Below are positions 24,686-38,900 of a stretch of DNA of 64,000 nucleotides, one piece after another. Origin of the DNA: Haliotis rufescens (taxonomy: Eukaryota); contig NW_025964361.1 in NCBI RefSeq assembly GCF_023055435.1, positions 38,378,001-38,442,000 of the forward strand, given 5' to 3'. The translations under genes and the position numbers were made by a program. The notes under the pieces are model-generated. The model had not been told where the DNA came from. It did not search any database and saw nothing but the letters and a program-made list of their open reading frames with translations. Each line of letters opens with the position of its first letter. Within the stretch, counting starts at the first letter, position 1.

Positions 24686-27600
24686 ATGGGTCAAACGTTA
24701 TCAGAACCAGTGACTACCAAAGAAACATCTAAATGTGAAAACAGTTATGCCAAAGTCGCCTCATCATGCATGCAGGGATGGCGGATCAGTATCCTTTATA
24801 ATGCACCGATTATTATTGGGCACAAATTGGATCCTGAGGTACTGTTCGCTTATCAATACACAGTCATGTAGTGCAATTAACAACAGTGACCAGGAGGCAC
24901 AATCTCACATCTATTTATTTGCACCTATTGATTTTCTCTGTCAGATTGGTGTCGTGGAGCTAGAGGACACCATCTCTGAATATTTAGTGTTTGTTAAATG
25001 TATGAAAGTTTTACTGTGTTTTTTTTTGTATTGTGTTTACTTAACCTACCATATTCGCTCTAATAAGCACCCACGGCGATATTTGCTAATATATTGGCCA
25101 GTGAACAATCCCAATTAGCACCCCTTCCGATTGATCAATGTACACAAGACTTATTTATTCGCATATAGTACACACTCATGTGTTATGTGCACAGTTAATT
25201 ATGGGCAATTAAATTCTGGAAAAATATATCTGTCGTACATAAACATTTCAGGCTGTCAGCATAAACCACGATATTTATCTTTCAACTCTGTTTTTTTCAC
25301 TGAAATAATATTCCAATAAGCATGATAAGAGCCCCCTATTTCTAATTTTGAGAGCGCCCTGGGCCCTTATTACGTTGAATACGGTATTTAGAATTTTATA
25401 TCATGGGATGGCTTTTATTACATGTATATGCTGATAATTAGATTATTCATACACAGAGCTGTAGATTGATTTGAATACCGGGGGGGAAATTATGGGCCTT
25501 ATTAAGGAAATATAAGTCATGTAAAAATCAGAAATGAGGTGTCATGTGTTGTTTCTTCTGGGGTGGATGACCCAGACCCACCAGCATGACATGTTATCTG
25601 AAGCAATTCATTATCACCCATGAAAAGTATGAACACTGTGAAAAAAATGTAGCTTCTTACATATTTTTAATAATTGCCAGTGCTTATCATGTTTATGGAC
25701 AGAGACAAGTAGATATGCTTGTACTTTTGAATTCATACTTATACAACTAGTCATGGTTGTCACTGTTGTGGTATGTCGAGTGTGAAAGACAGTTCTACCA
25801 ACAATTTGAATGATGTTTGTACTACTCAAGTTGATCAAGATTTAGATACAATGTCCACACAGAAACCATAACTAAACAAAAGTGAGAAATCAAATGAGTG
25901 ACTGAAAATTTGTTTTTAACTGTAGTCCACAATAACACAGTTATCCTGTCAGCCAATGAAGTAATCAAGTCTTTGGCTGACAAACCAGTGATCAATAGTT
26001 GTAAGTGGTTGTGCTGTTGAGTAGCATGTGGGAGCACAATGAGACACAGTCATGCAGATCACAGTTGAGAGTCTGTCCCAGTAACCACCAATGGAGCACG
26101 GGTCATACGCATCAACCATTGACCCCTTTTGGATTCTGGGTTAGAATTGGTCCCCAGCTACCTATTCTGGTCAGATGATGATCAAACTCGCTGACGAAGT
26201 TGCTTGCATGTATTAGAGTGGATCATTGCTCATAATATCAATCACTGAATTGTCTGGTCCACACTTCCTTATTTACCAGCTACCGTTATGGGAATGTTGC
26301 TTAGTGTGGCTTTAAACAACAGACAAACATGAACCGCAGTCACTGTTCTAGAACACAATCTTTAGGCATACCCATATTGGTAAGAACAGACTAAAATGGG
26401 ACAAGCTGTGACCTGACTAGAGTGTGTCATTGTCATTGGTTTGATTCATTGTCATGCTGTCAACCACTGTTTTGATAAATTACTTTTAAGTCTATGTTAG
26501 TGTGGTAAAGCTGAAATATTGCTGACAGATCAAATAAGCATTCACTCACCAAATCAAGGCTTAGGCTTTGCATGTTTCACAATAATATATCTTTAAGATG
26601 CTGTGTTTAGCATGTTTTTGTGATGGCTCATGCAGAGATGCCAAGGTGCCTGAGTTAACTAAACAATGCCTCAGTGTAAATCTTTAGATAGGAGCACAAG
26701 TATGATATGTTAAAGGTTGTTGACTTTAACTGTGTAAGACATGGAAGATGCCCACATCCATCTCTTGTCACTGCCAGGAGACAAGGATTCCTGCTTCTTT
26801 GGGGTGTTCGATGGACATGGAGGTAAGATCTGAAATCATGAAACACTAGATGATGCAAACTGGTCTTGCACTATAACATGGTTTAGTACATATTAAATAC
26901 CCACAATCCAAACATGTATGCATCCTGTACACAACACAAAAAAGTGGTACCATAAATCATTTCAGTCAGTTTTATGAGATAGTTTGTCAGTTTAATATAT
27001 GAATGCATTGGCTGTAGATATTAAATTCTGATTTTGTAACTTGAAATGGATAACTGGTTGTATTGCTTTGACCATGTTGACAAAAGATGTTTTTGTGAAG
27101 ATTGGACAATGATATACTTTTATTCGTGTTAACAAGTTATATCTGTCAATTTTTCCATTCACACTGACCACTTTGAATTTTTTCATGCTTTGGTTAAAAG
27201 ATGCTATTGTGAAGGTGGTATTTTTTTTTTATGTTTAATCTGTGTCAATTTTTCCATTCAAACTGACCACATGGAATGTTTGTACTTGTGTTGGTAGGAG
27301 TGAAAGTGGCTCAGTATGCAGGCATAAACCTCCACAAGAAGATACTAGCACAATCAACATATGGTGAGTTATTATCCCTACAGGCACAATGGATCTTCTG
27401 TAGTGAGGGAAGCATTTTGTAGATAAGCTGTCAATTGACTGAGCCATTTTTTATCATATATGTTCTGTCATGACTACTGGTTGTACTTTATTCATGATTC
27501 AGCTGATATTGTATGTCATACTGGTAATTGATAAAAGGAAGGATTTCCACACCACTAGGTATTCATTCCATTGGTTGATCATATACCATGGTGGATGTAT

Positions 27601-30600
27601 GAATCACTTCATAATATTTCATAGCCTATCATATTTGCATAATCAAGTCCAACAGTTTATATTTGAATAGAGTATAGAGGGAAATTTTAGCAATGTATTG
27701 ATTCCAGGCAGCAGTATGTGTGCAAGGGGGTTAAGTAAGCAAAAGATCAGGTTACTGTTACTTCTGAATCTTGGCCGGTTTTGTTTTGTTACAAGGGCTG
27801 CAGTTAAACAGATTTAAGTAATGCATCATCCTTTGAGCAGTGAACTGTAATTTCATAAAGCATGAGTAAATAATGCAGATCCATGTCTGAGAGGCTTTTA
27901 AAAGATAGATAGAATAATGAAAAACTAGGCATGGTTTATTTCACGATTAAAAACCCCATTGTTGTTTACATAAGATGATTCGTAATCGTATATCTTACAA
28001 TAAACAACAACAAAAAGTCATATTGTTCTTAGATAGAGATGATGCAGATTAAAATAGTAATACTCGTACACGAAAGATGTAAGGAACCTGCACATGATCA
28101 TGGTAAACCATAATTGCTTCATATAGGGCAAAAGAATATCATATTTAACATTTATATGTGACTGATAGGTATGAATAATATATGTGAATAATTAACTTCT
28201 TTAGTTATCATAGTGGGGTGATGTTCAGTCATCCAACGAATGACACGTGTGGAGGAGGTTATTCCCATTTAATTAATAGAATCTTGTAATTTTTGCTACT
28301 AGTACCTGTACACAGAATGAATGAAGTTCCTCAACCCTATCTCGGACCATTATGCAGAAAGGTGTTTTGAGACTCATTGAATATATGTTTCGTGTACAGG
28401 GTAGTCTTCAGTTGGTCAGCCTGGAGGGTATCAAACTGATGTACATAGATTTGCTCACACAATCTGCCCTTGATAACATGCACACTGGAGGCTGCTGTAA
28501 CTGAATGCTGGATTGAGGTATATGATTTTTGTTGTGACAGTTACAACTGTGTGCAGTGTCTGATCAGTACGCTCTTATTGAAATCAGATATGATACCTCT
28601 CTGCATGAAGATGTGATGATACCCCCATAGGTGGTCGCGTCAGGTGAACTTTTTAACACTGATGAGGCTTCTAAATTCTTAATATGAACCAATTATTGAG
28701 GCAAGCATATCTTACTTGTCTCTCAAAAACAAAAATAATTGTGGATTTCCGAATGCAAAAACATAAAGCCGTGCAGTTATATATTGTTGTGGATATCTTG
28801 TGTATCCTGTCATTTCTGAACAGTTTGCTATACCAAAGAAATTTTTTTGGTCTGTGGTAGTTGCTTGAAATTTCAAGATCAAGGTGGTCAAGAAATGAAG
28901 CCAAACCATTTTAGAAAGGTGACATCTGATTGGCTGAAGAACCCACACATCCACCGGTTAGACTGGGGTGGTCAAAGTTTTCCTTGGGTTCACCTGAGCA
29001 CTGAGGTGACCTTCTATGGAGGTGCCATCAGATCTTGATGCAGAAGGGTATCTGTTAGGGAGTAAGAGATCTTACTTAAATGAGGTAGATATTATCAGAT
29101 GTTAAATTGTTGAAATTTTCAGCTCAGGGTAATGTAGCAGAAGCTTTGCGGTCAGGCTTCCTCTCACTAGATGAAGAAATGATGAAAGGTAACTTCCACT
29201 AATTTGTGCTTGGACATCACTGTCATTCATAAGAAAAGTAATGTGTAGATGATGTACTTACAGCCTTAGAAATTGGCACTAGTCCTGTAGTCTTTGTCAA
29301 ACTGGGGGGCACGGGTGGCCCAGTCGTCTTAGGCGCTGCGATGCACTGTGCAGGGTTGCGTCCCTTGGGCACGCCTGATTGTGGGTTCGAATCCTGGGTC
29401 ACCCCAATTATGTTTCTAGGTTTGTCAGCGCCATACCCGTGCTTGTGGGTTTCACCGAAGTGGTAAACGTCTGAGACCTGCATCAATTGGGGCTTTCCTC
29501 GCACATACAGCTGACACGCCGTGATTTAACTGGAATACTGTTAAAAGCGGCGTTAAACCCAATTCACTCACTCGCTCACTTGCCAAACTGCCCAATAGTT
29601 AAGGTATCATAAGGACTAGTAAACATTTCCCATTTTTAAGGGTTTTGCTATATGTTATTATTATAAGGACTAGTGGACTAAAACTGTTAGTTTCTACTGC
29701 TGTACTTATCAAGCTGATGACCATCTAGTATATGTTATGATCCGCCTTAAAGTGGGAGGGTGGCTATAGGAATTGGCACATTCTGTCCATCCTACCATCC
29801 GTCATGTTTTGTTTCCAGAGTATAAATATTTCTGCCAAACTTTGCACGGATAGGGTTAGATTTGTTTCCACAGTATAACTCAAAGACCATTCAGCATTAT
29901 GGACCAAACTTTGCACAGATATCAGTCAGGCCATGAACTTGTGCCTTTTGCTATTTACTTTTCCAGTTTCCATGACAAATTCCAATTAATGATTGAAGGG
30001 TTCATTTCCGGAGCATAACTCATGAATCATGTATACTTCCTCACTTATTTATCATATGGTCAACTGCTGATGTGTATGTTTTTTTAAAAGATTTTTTATG
30101 GGAATATCCCATGTATGCAATGATAGCCACTGCTCCCAGTGATCTGCTCATAGTAACACCACCCTAATGAGATGATGAAAAGTACTAGTAAGATGGCAGC
30201 ATATTCATCAATGTCATTGACTCAAGAACAAGTCTCAGGCTGCTTTTGGGGTCAGGTTCTTGAGTCTTGTACTCAATAGAACATAGATGAGAGTATTTAT
30301 GCTTGGTTTGCAATCCTTTGCATGCATATTAAATAAATTGCACTAACGTCATTTTCAGTGTTACACACATGCAAAGATTCATGGGCTGTTTTCTGTTTCT
30401 ACTTTTACAGATGAAACTATGAAAGATGAGCTAGCTGGGACCACAGCTGTTGTAGCCTTGATAAAGAACAACAAGATCTATTGTGTAAGTTAAACAGCTT
30501 TTCATTTTCAGATATGTGCCATATGAATGAGGAACAGTTACATGTGTATTGATGTGATACTTTCATAAGTTCATGCAGTTTACTTGGTAATACGGTGACA

Positions 30601-33478
30601 ACTTTATCTTGACCTTCCCCAAAACTGATGTTGAATTAATGGAACATATTTCCAATAGTGTGCCAACACATTTGGATCCTACTAGTATGAACTAGTTTTT
30701 GTGTTTTTTTGTGTTAATTGATTTTGATTAGCTGAGCATGCTAGACTAAAATCAGTTTTATTAGGCTAAAAAAAAAATACTCTTGGTTCTCTGGCACCGC
30801 TGCATCATCACAAAGTTTGCCTCACGTTTCGTTTTTATTTCCATTTTCAAAAAAACCCAAACCTCCTTAAATATTCTGCGTCCCAAACACACGACCCCAA
30901 AAGTGAAATGCTACAATACGTATAAACAATGCGATCCAATATAACATGCAGTTACTTCCCTTTCCATGAGCACTGCTTCACTGCGCATATCGTGTGTTAT
31001 GGTCATGGCGGCAATAGGAGTTTGTGTGCTTGTTTTGCTGCAGATTTGGTCAATGAAAACATTAAATTTGCGATAAAAGATCTCGAGACATGATGATTTA
31101 CAAAAATTCAATGGTATTTGTGTACTGTATGCGGGACAATGTTTCATGCGCAGGGTTTAAGATTTACAATTACATGTGTATTTGTCTCGTAAAATAAGCA
31201 GGAAATCGATGCTAAGTTATATACCTTGTCTATAAAGCGAATCGGAATGAAGCACATCACCAGTGCATACAAGGTCCCTACATTTGCAATAAAAATTGTG
31301 AAAGACTTTTCATCCAAACCATTTAGGAATTTAAGAAAAAAATACAAAATTCCTGGCAACAAGTTTGACTTGGACTCATAGTGGTGTGTTTGTCCAGACC
31401 TTATCTCTAAATAGGTATTCCTTCATGACACTTTGCACACACAAAGACCGGGTTGTCAAATGGTGCCTTTGCTACTTAGGGGTGTTTAGAATTTATATTT
31501 TTTCCGTTTCCATGGCAACAAGTTCTACTCTGACTCTGTTCATAGTGGTGTGTACCTGACACAAAAATACAAAGTTCTGAATCCCAATGCCATGGTATAA
31601 TTTTGATAGCTCAATTATTACTCTTGTATACGGACACAGATAGATTAGATCAAGTTGGACTTAAAGTAACAGTCAGATGATTTGTTCTTTCGAATTTGTG
31701 GGGCCCGGGGGAATTTGTCATGTTTTGATGACTTGTGTAAATGATACGGTTATGTCCAATTATTTTGCATCCTTTTTCTCAGATAGCTTGTTACTGGTAT
31801 TCGTCACTGTTGAACTTGAAGGGTGCTTATTCAACCAGTTGAATTATTATGCATGTTATTTAGGTCATCTGACACCTGATTGGATGAACCTCAATATATT
31901 TAGTGTGTAAGCATGGGAAGTATTCTTCTGCTTTCACATCTATTTCAGTCTGTGTGTGTGTCAATAAGGTCCGCTGGCACATGACAGGCTTAAATTAATT
32001 CCTATTTGTCAGTGTGTATGAAGCTGAACCCTTTGACATTTATCTAGTATCCCATTTCCTTTATGCTAGTATAGTGTTTTCAGTGACTGTACAAGCCTGT
32101 TTCTCTGTCTCTAATGGTTGCAAGGCATTAGCAATAGGTCAACTGCCATCTGAAATGTGTCTCCCTTGTTTCTCTTTCATGTAAGTCTAATAGGAAGAAA
32201 GTTGTGAGAATTCTGTAAAGAAGTCAGTGCATATCAGCTGAACAGCAGCCATGGTATTTCTTCATATGCAGAAAAAGTGAAATAGTGTTAAATAGTGATT
32301 TGCAGGTGGGCATATATCCCCTTGGCTTTCCACCTCTTGCAATCTTCATGTTGAAACACACTCTAGTAGTGATTAGTTTGTATCTCACATGTCAACATTC
32401 TTTCATTGCATATGTACTTTTGTCTTTCAAGTTTGGATTTGTTTTCCATTCATAAATGTGTATTTATTATTGGTAACATATTTGCCATGCTGACATTCTC
32501 TACATTCAGGCCAATGTTGGGGATTCCCGAGCAGTTGCTAGTGTTGGTGGGGAGGTGGAACAACTGTCTTTTGATCACAAGCCAGGGAATGAACAAGAAA
32601 CTCGCAGGATCATTGCAGCTGGAGGATGGGTAGAGTTTAACAGAGTCAATGGTAATAACTTTACGTAGTAAATCACTATATGTTACACTGGATTTGTCTA
32701 GTTCAGATTATGCCAACATTTTTATAATTCTCAATATTCTCAACAATAAATTTGAAATGACGGAACATGTGTAAAAATATTGAGTGATTTAAAGGGTTTT
32801 TAAATACTTCTGTGCTATTTGTATTGTTGGAATTGATTATACTCCATGAAATTGATTAAACTGCAGCAGATGTGAGGCTTAGCAGGGTTTTTATAGACCT
32901 ATCATTTGGTCAAAAGTGAACCATTTGTCCTTTGTTTCGGTCTATAAGTAACCAGATCTAGAAGTAGAATTAATACAGTTCTTTATTATCATTTTGTAAA
33001 ATGGTGTTTTATGTTTCTTTCCACAGGGAATTTAGCTTTGTCAAGAGCACTAGGTGATTTTGTGTTTAAGAAGAATGACAAGAAGCGAGCAGAAGAACAG
33101 ATAGTCACAGGCAAGATTGCATTATTGTTTCATGTAAATTGGGAACATGGGTTGCATGCCCTTGTTGTGCCAGGATCCGCTGGGTTCAAATGCCAGATGC
33201 TTCTGGTTATGATTGTTGTTTGTGAGCATCCATTCAGTGGCTTCACCAAAGTGGTCAGCGATTATGACACAGTCATATCATTGAAAAACAATACAATGTG
33301 GAGAACTGTGTTTCCTAGATTAAACGATGGGGCTCGTATAACCGCTGGGTAGCTTTCACCATATCTGCCTGACCATCATCTGTCTGTTTTCCGTTTCAGG
33401 GCTAGAACTAAAAAAACATTAGATATTTCTTTTTGAAAACTTGCTATATAGATCAGTCTAGTGGTGAACTGGTGCCTT

Positions 33479-33520
<42 letters not shown>

Positions 33521-35964
33521 TGACGACAAGTATGACTTATACTGAAAATGAGGGTAGTGCTCGTTTCCGGAGCAGAACTCCAAAACCATTGAATATTTCC
33601 AGATGAAATTTGCTATACAGATCAGTCTGGTGGTGAAATGGTGCCTTTTGATGATTTTGGATTTATTTTTTTTTGTATATTTTTTATGTTTTCATGACCA
33701 GTTGGACTTGCCAGCCCTGACCAAAAACTGCCTGCCCACTATAATCATATGTTTCTCAGGATAAGCTAACGGGATTTCTTTAAGGTTAAATTTTATCATT
33801 CATCTTTACATGTGAATTAATGATTATCATCGGGAAATATTTAGAATATTGTCACATATGAAATATAACCCGACCGTCGGGCAGGGGGATTTGAAAATCT
33901 GGCAGCCCGAGTTGAAATCAACCCGTCTCGGACGGTCGGGCAGGCAGGTATTTCGAACACTGTCATTACATGTCATGGTAATATATATAAGATAGCCTAC
34001 AGTGATGTCATCTCAATGCTTTGAGGCCTCTAAATACCAAGTTTGATCTTGATTACAAATTTGTCTCAGAGCAATGATACATACCTGGAATTGAAAACAT
34101 GTTGTTGTTGTTGTTGTAATTCCTTGTTCTTACACTTAGGGATATAAAAACATGGCAGTAATTAAGAATAATTTGTCTTTTGGTGGACGACCAAGTTAAG
34201 TGTATGACCAAATTAAAATTTTTGTCAGTTTAATGAAAAGATGGATAATTAAAGTTCTATAGCCATCCATTCAGTTATTAACATGTTTTTCACGTTGGAG
34301 GTCAATAAACAGAGGCAGTTTCATGTGCTGTTTTGTTTAATTTCAGCCAATCCTGATATCATAGAGAAGATGATTACCAAAGATCATGAATTCCTTGTAT
34401 TGGCCTGTGATGGCATCTGGGACGTACTGACAAATCAGGAAGTTGTTGACTTTGTACGCGGCAGGATAGCACAGGGAATGGAGCCAGAAATTGTGAGTTT
34501 CAAATATCCCTCTATATTATGTGGTCCATATTTCTATTGATGATAATAACACAATGTTCGCTGCCTTTGAATTTCCTGTGAAAAGTACAATCAACTCCAA
34601 AAGAAACGTGAAGTTTTCTCTGAGACTTCAGTGGTGAACAGTAAAATGCAATAGAAATATATAGAAACCTTTTTCCAGTGCTTGTTCTGTCAATACCGAA
34701 GTCACTATGTCATATCTGATGTGTACGGTGATGATGTTAAGTTAAATGTAGTCTAACATACGGTTGATGGCCATTGTGATTGGCTCACTGATTGATCTGC
34801 TTTGAGCCCTATACTTCAGTTGTGCAGTTATGATTGCATGTAGTAATCTATCACGTAGATGTGACATCACCATGTACCAAACTTATCTCCCGAAGCAGTC
34901 AGCCACTTGGTGGCGATCACCTGCTCTGTTGGTCAATTGATGAGCCTGGAAGTTTGCGTAATGATGAACACCAAGGTGTCTGGCAGCTTATGGCATTCTT
35001 CATCCAGCTTCAATAAGACCTATTGCCCTCAACCAGTTTTCCCAAGTTAGACAGGTCATGTTGTTTTTGTGTCACAATTAATCAAACTACAGACCAGATG
35101 ATAAGGTGCCCAGTGAATCAACTGAAACGTTCTCAAACCTTCTGGTAATTCAGAGTGAAACTTTGAAAGCTTTGAACTTTTTGTGAATGTTATCATGAGA
35201 AATAAAATGGAATAAATTATGAAATCATTGTCACTTCAGTTGAATGATATCGCCCATAAAACGTCTTCAAGTTTCTTTTGGTGTTGAGTATACTTACAAT
35301 TCCATAAAATGCCTTGAAATAGCCTTGATTTTGGCAACCATAGTTAACTCTGCTTGTTAAACAAATATGTTACAGTTTTATTCTCTAAAATGCATGGTGA
35401 CATCATGAAGAAAAAGAATATTGTCAAAGTCTTGAAAAGGCCTTAAAATGCATTAAATTTGGTAGCTCAACCAGGTCTTTCCATTTCCTGTGTGAAATGT
35501 GTGGTCTAAGCTGCCCACAATCACAGAACAGATATGGGGCTCTGATTTGTACCTGATCTAAATTAATCCATACAAACCCTGTTTATTTTCTTCTTCCATT
35601 GTGTTCTCTGTATGTGTATATTTTTGTTTCTTCCTGCCCCCTCACTGTAATAATATATATGTACATATGCTGTGATGCACTTTAAGCAGGTCCCACAGCG
35701 ATGTGGAATTAAGCACTATAGAAATGGCCTTATTATTATATGTGTGTGTTTCTCCTTTTGCTACAGATATGTGAAGAGTTGATGACACGCTGCCTGGCCC
35801 CGGACTGTCAGATGGGTGGGCTTGGATGTGACAATATGACTGTTGTGTTGGTGTGTTTCCTCATGGGAGGAACATACGAGGACTTGGTGAGGAAATGTAA
35901 TCAACCAAGTAGGAACGGTCCAGCATCACATCTCAGGGACTATCATGGAGTAGATCTTAAATAA
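24686..35964 (+). CDS. Protein phosphatase 2C (PPM family, Ptc2/Ptc3/T23F11.1-like), 320 aa; exons 24686-24788, 26739-26822, 27298-27363, 29123-29188, 30411-30484, 32510-32651, 33027-33110, 34347-34492, 35767-35964
   Basis: MGQTLSEPVTTKET, MQGWRINMEDAH, FFGVFDGHGG, AGTTAVV, ANVGDSRA, DHKP, RVNGNLALSRALGDFVFK, LACDGIWDV and GCDNMTV: all PPM metal-binding motifs present. Phases consistent; 963 nt. Confidence 0.95.
25047..25386. mobile_element. Tc1/mariner-pogo-like MITE in the U12 intron
   Basis: TA-CCATATTC...taataag / cttatta...GAATACGG-TA terminal inverted repeats. Confidence 0.65.
26140..26330 (+). mobile_element. Family D retroposon, old copy inside the U12 intron
   Basis: gggttagaattggtcc..tcactgaattgtctggtccac..gtggctttaaacaac. 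Confidence 0.6.
29305..29579 (+). mobile_element. SINE family B nested in a MITE
   Basis: TSD ttg[t/c]caaactg. Confidence 0.9.
29735..30155 (+). mobile_element. Helentron/DINE-like non-autonomous element remnant; related pieces at 31370-31720, 33310-33700 and 62190-62710
   Basis: (TCCG/TCCA)-type microsatellite followed by internal repeats caaactttgcacagata..gtgccttttg. 31370-31720 and 62190-62710 are clearly homologous to each other. Confidence 0.5.
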
Positions 35965-38900
35965 TGTTGTCCACAGCATGCTGCCATGACAAGGACCTGA
36001 TGGTCTGGATGTTTGCCTGGTTCACACGAAGTCCTGCTGATCATACACAACATTGTGGACACAGTAAAGACGTGATGCCTCTATACCCTCAACCCTTTCT
36101 ACCTGTTGTGCCAGTGCTCTACACTTCAAGGTTTCTCATGCCTACCATGTTAATTGTTACAGTAAATATGTATAGGAACCATTAATGATATGTCAGTTCA
36201 AAATAAGCTTTTCTGTTTCATTATGCTTCCAATATTTCACATTTGAACAAGCATATATGGATGATAAGTGCTGATTTATTTTGTCGGTTTTTTTCTGTTG
36301 ACAACTACAACCAAAGAATTTTGTCACAACCTGACTTAAGGACAATAGTGGCTACAATTAAATCAGTTTTATACAAAATCTATTTTCAGAAATATTTCCA
36401 AAGCATTTGAATTAGAAATTCGTAGTTATTATTGAATAGCAAATGTTGGAATGTCAGTATTTACAAGTTGTATAACTACAAATGATGTGATGCAAGATTA
36501 GAAGAAACACTGACAGATCAGTAATATCTTTGAAAGTCCAAATAGCGAAATGACTGACTTTGATGATAAAGTTTCAGTTTTACAGTGTACAATTTGTAAC
36601 AGTAGTATATACTGTAATTATTTTTAAAATCAAAAATGAAAAAGGTAGTATGGCATCATGTTGATGCTATTTAGCATTGGTACAAAAGGTATAAGAACAT
36701 TGCAGGCAATCTCCCTTGGTACATGTTAAAGATGTGACAATGGCTGGAATCAGCCATATTTTTTGTTTAAATTAGTGTTCCTTTAACAAAACAAAACACA
36801 CACATCAATATTGAAAGAATTTCAAGTTTAGTATTGATGTCATTTAGCAAAACGTAAGAAGAAAAATCTTTGTCTTCAATATGGACTTTTCTAATGCTTA
36901 ATTTCAAGTATTAACAAGTCCTTTTTATGTGCTCATATTTGAAACCTATACATACATCATTTAACTTTGTTTGGTCTATGTATTTTGTGCAGTATTGTTA
37001 CATTGTCCTGTTACCTCTTCACAATGTCACATGGTGTTACATTTGTTCAAAGAGGGATCTCCTGTTTCTTGGATTCAGAAGAGTAAGAACCAATTCATAA
37101 ATCTGTTGCATTTCAGTTTATCAAAAACAGTTTACATAAGTTCTGGTTTTGTTTCTGTTTTAGTGTACAACCATTTTAGTGTCACTTTTAACAGCTGTCA
37201 AATGCTGGATGTTACTGGTATAGCTGGAGTCTGCATACACTACATCAGTGAAGAGAAACAAACCCTCTTTGTGTGGCCTTATAGAGAACGTCTCATTACC
37301 AATATACTCTAAGTATTTATATGTTAAGTTTCTCTATAACTTCCACATTGTATATACTCTGCTCTAGATATCTATCTTGTCACGGTCTTTTCACAGCCTT
37401 TGGATGTGTCATGACAGTAAAAAAACCTTTTTGGTGTACAGTTCATCATCACCATCTTCATCATCGTACGATGTATCATGTCATTCTTTGTGGTTTTGTT
37501 ATCAGATTGTAAAAATGTGTGTGGTATTTCATTGAACAAGGATATTACTTGTATAAAACGTATTTTACTTTTAAAGATGAATTCAACCTTGAATTAAGGT
37601 TCTTAGATTACCATTATGAAACATGTCAAATACATGAAGCAAACTATAGGGAATTATAACATTTTTGAAGTCACAGTTTCTTTTAGAGAAATTTAATTGG
37701 AGCTTATGTTCTGCTTTAGGCAGTGTTAAAGTGGTGATGTTGCATCGACTTTTGTCAAAAAATGTCTTTGGAGTTTAGAGATCAGATCTAACCAACATGT
37801 ATACAAAAACGAATATACATGACAGGGGCATTCATTTAATGTAGATTATTGTTTAGAAAAAGAAGATCTTAAAATGATGCATTTATTTCTTTTCACTTTG
37901 AGTTTGATAGGCTACTGCAACGGTATGTATGTCTCTTTTCATGTCAGAGAGCAAGCATGTACACATGAATATTTGAAAGGACAATATATATATATTCAGC
38001 AATATAAAGTTATTTCACTGGTTAATAAATGGATATAAGGCAAGACAAAAATTCAAATGTAAATGTTTTGATTATTTATTTGTGCTTTTAAATCACCATT
38101 ATCACAATATTTACTATGATAAATAAAGTTAAGAACTGTTGCAAATTTGAGGCTTTCTACACATCTAAAATCTGTGCATGGTGATGATGCCTTGTTCCTG
38201 CTCTAAATCCATACTGTCATATGATTACCACATGTGAACATCCATAAGTATAGGTGTTGATGCATCACCACATTTTCTGTGAGAATTTCAGTATCATATG
38301 TCCATATTGTATCAGGCAGCTATTTATAAGGCAATAACAAATATAATTCTCATGTCCACTGCATAGATTCCACTCTATATGCTACTTGACTTATTCAGAG
38401 GAATAGTCCCAGCCATTGATTCAATGAATGCTGACTTCACTGTATGCATTTAAAATGTTTTAAAAAATATTGTTTTCTTTAAGTTATTATGCATTTTAAC
38501 ACAAGGCCATGTCAGACATTTGCTTGGACATGTTTCAAGTTTTAGATTTTTCAAGAACAGATAGAGTAAGTCAAACTCATTCATATTTTCATTTCATTTG
38601 TTGATTATGTCAATTAAACAAAACCATTGACACTGACATGCAGCTGAAATTGTTATTCTCAGGTGACTTTCATTTTCAGAAAAAGATAAGTTTATGTATA
38701 TTCTTATCTTATGACCATTATGACTCAACATCATGAAATTCTGGTGTTGACAAATCCTGCTGTTCTGTATATGTGCAACTGGGACATAAACTACGGTGGA
38801 AGCTTGTTCATATTGCAGAACTTTTCTCTTATAAAAGTCACATTGTTAGTGCTTTTAGTCACCAAAACTTGCAGTGTATTTGTAATGTGTTCAATGATTC

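Larger units (their letters stand above)
24789..26738 (+). other. U12-type (minor spliceosome) GT-AG intron in the PP2C gene
   Basis: 5' site GTATCCTTT. Branch-like GACTTTAAC at 26722-26730, just before the AG, with no polypyrimidine tract. Splicing restores WRI-N-MEDAH. Confidence 0.85.

Noticed and set aside
28607-28671. Box C (GTGATGA) ... box D (CTGA) snoRNA-like pattern in a PP2C intron
   Set aside because: Only ~50 nt between boxes and no recognisable rRNA/snRNA guide. A similar pattern at ~38175-38265 has TTGA instead of box D.
34834-35016. Possible alternative PP2C exon in the last intron
   Set aside because: No PP2C similarity; the nearest acceptor gives an immediate stop in phase 0.
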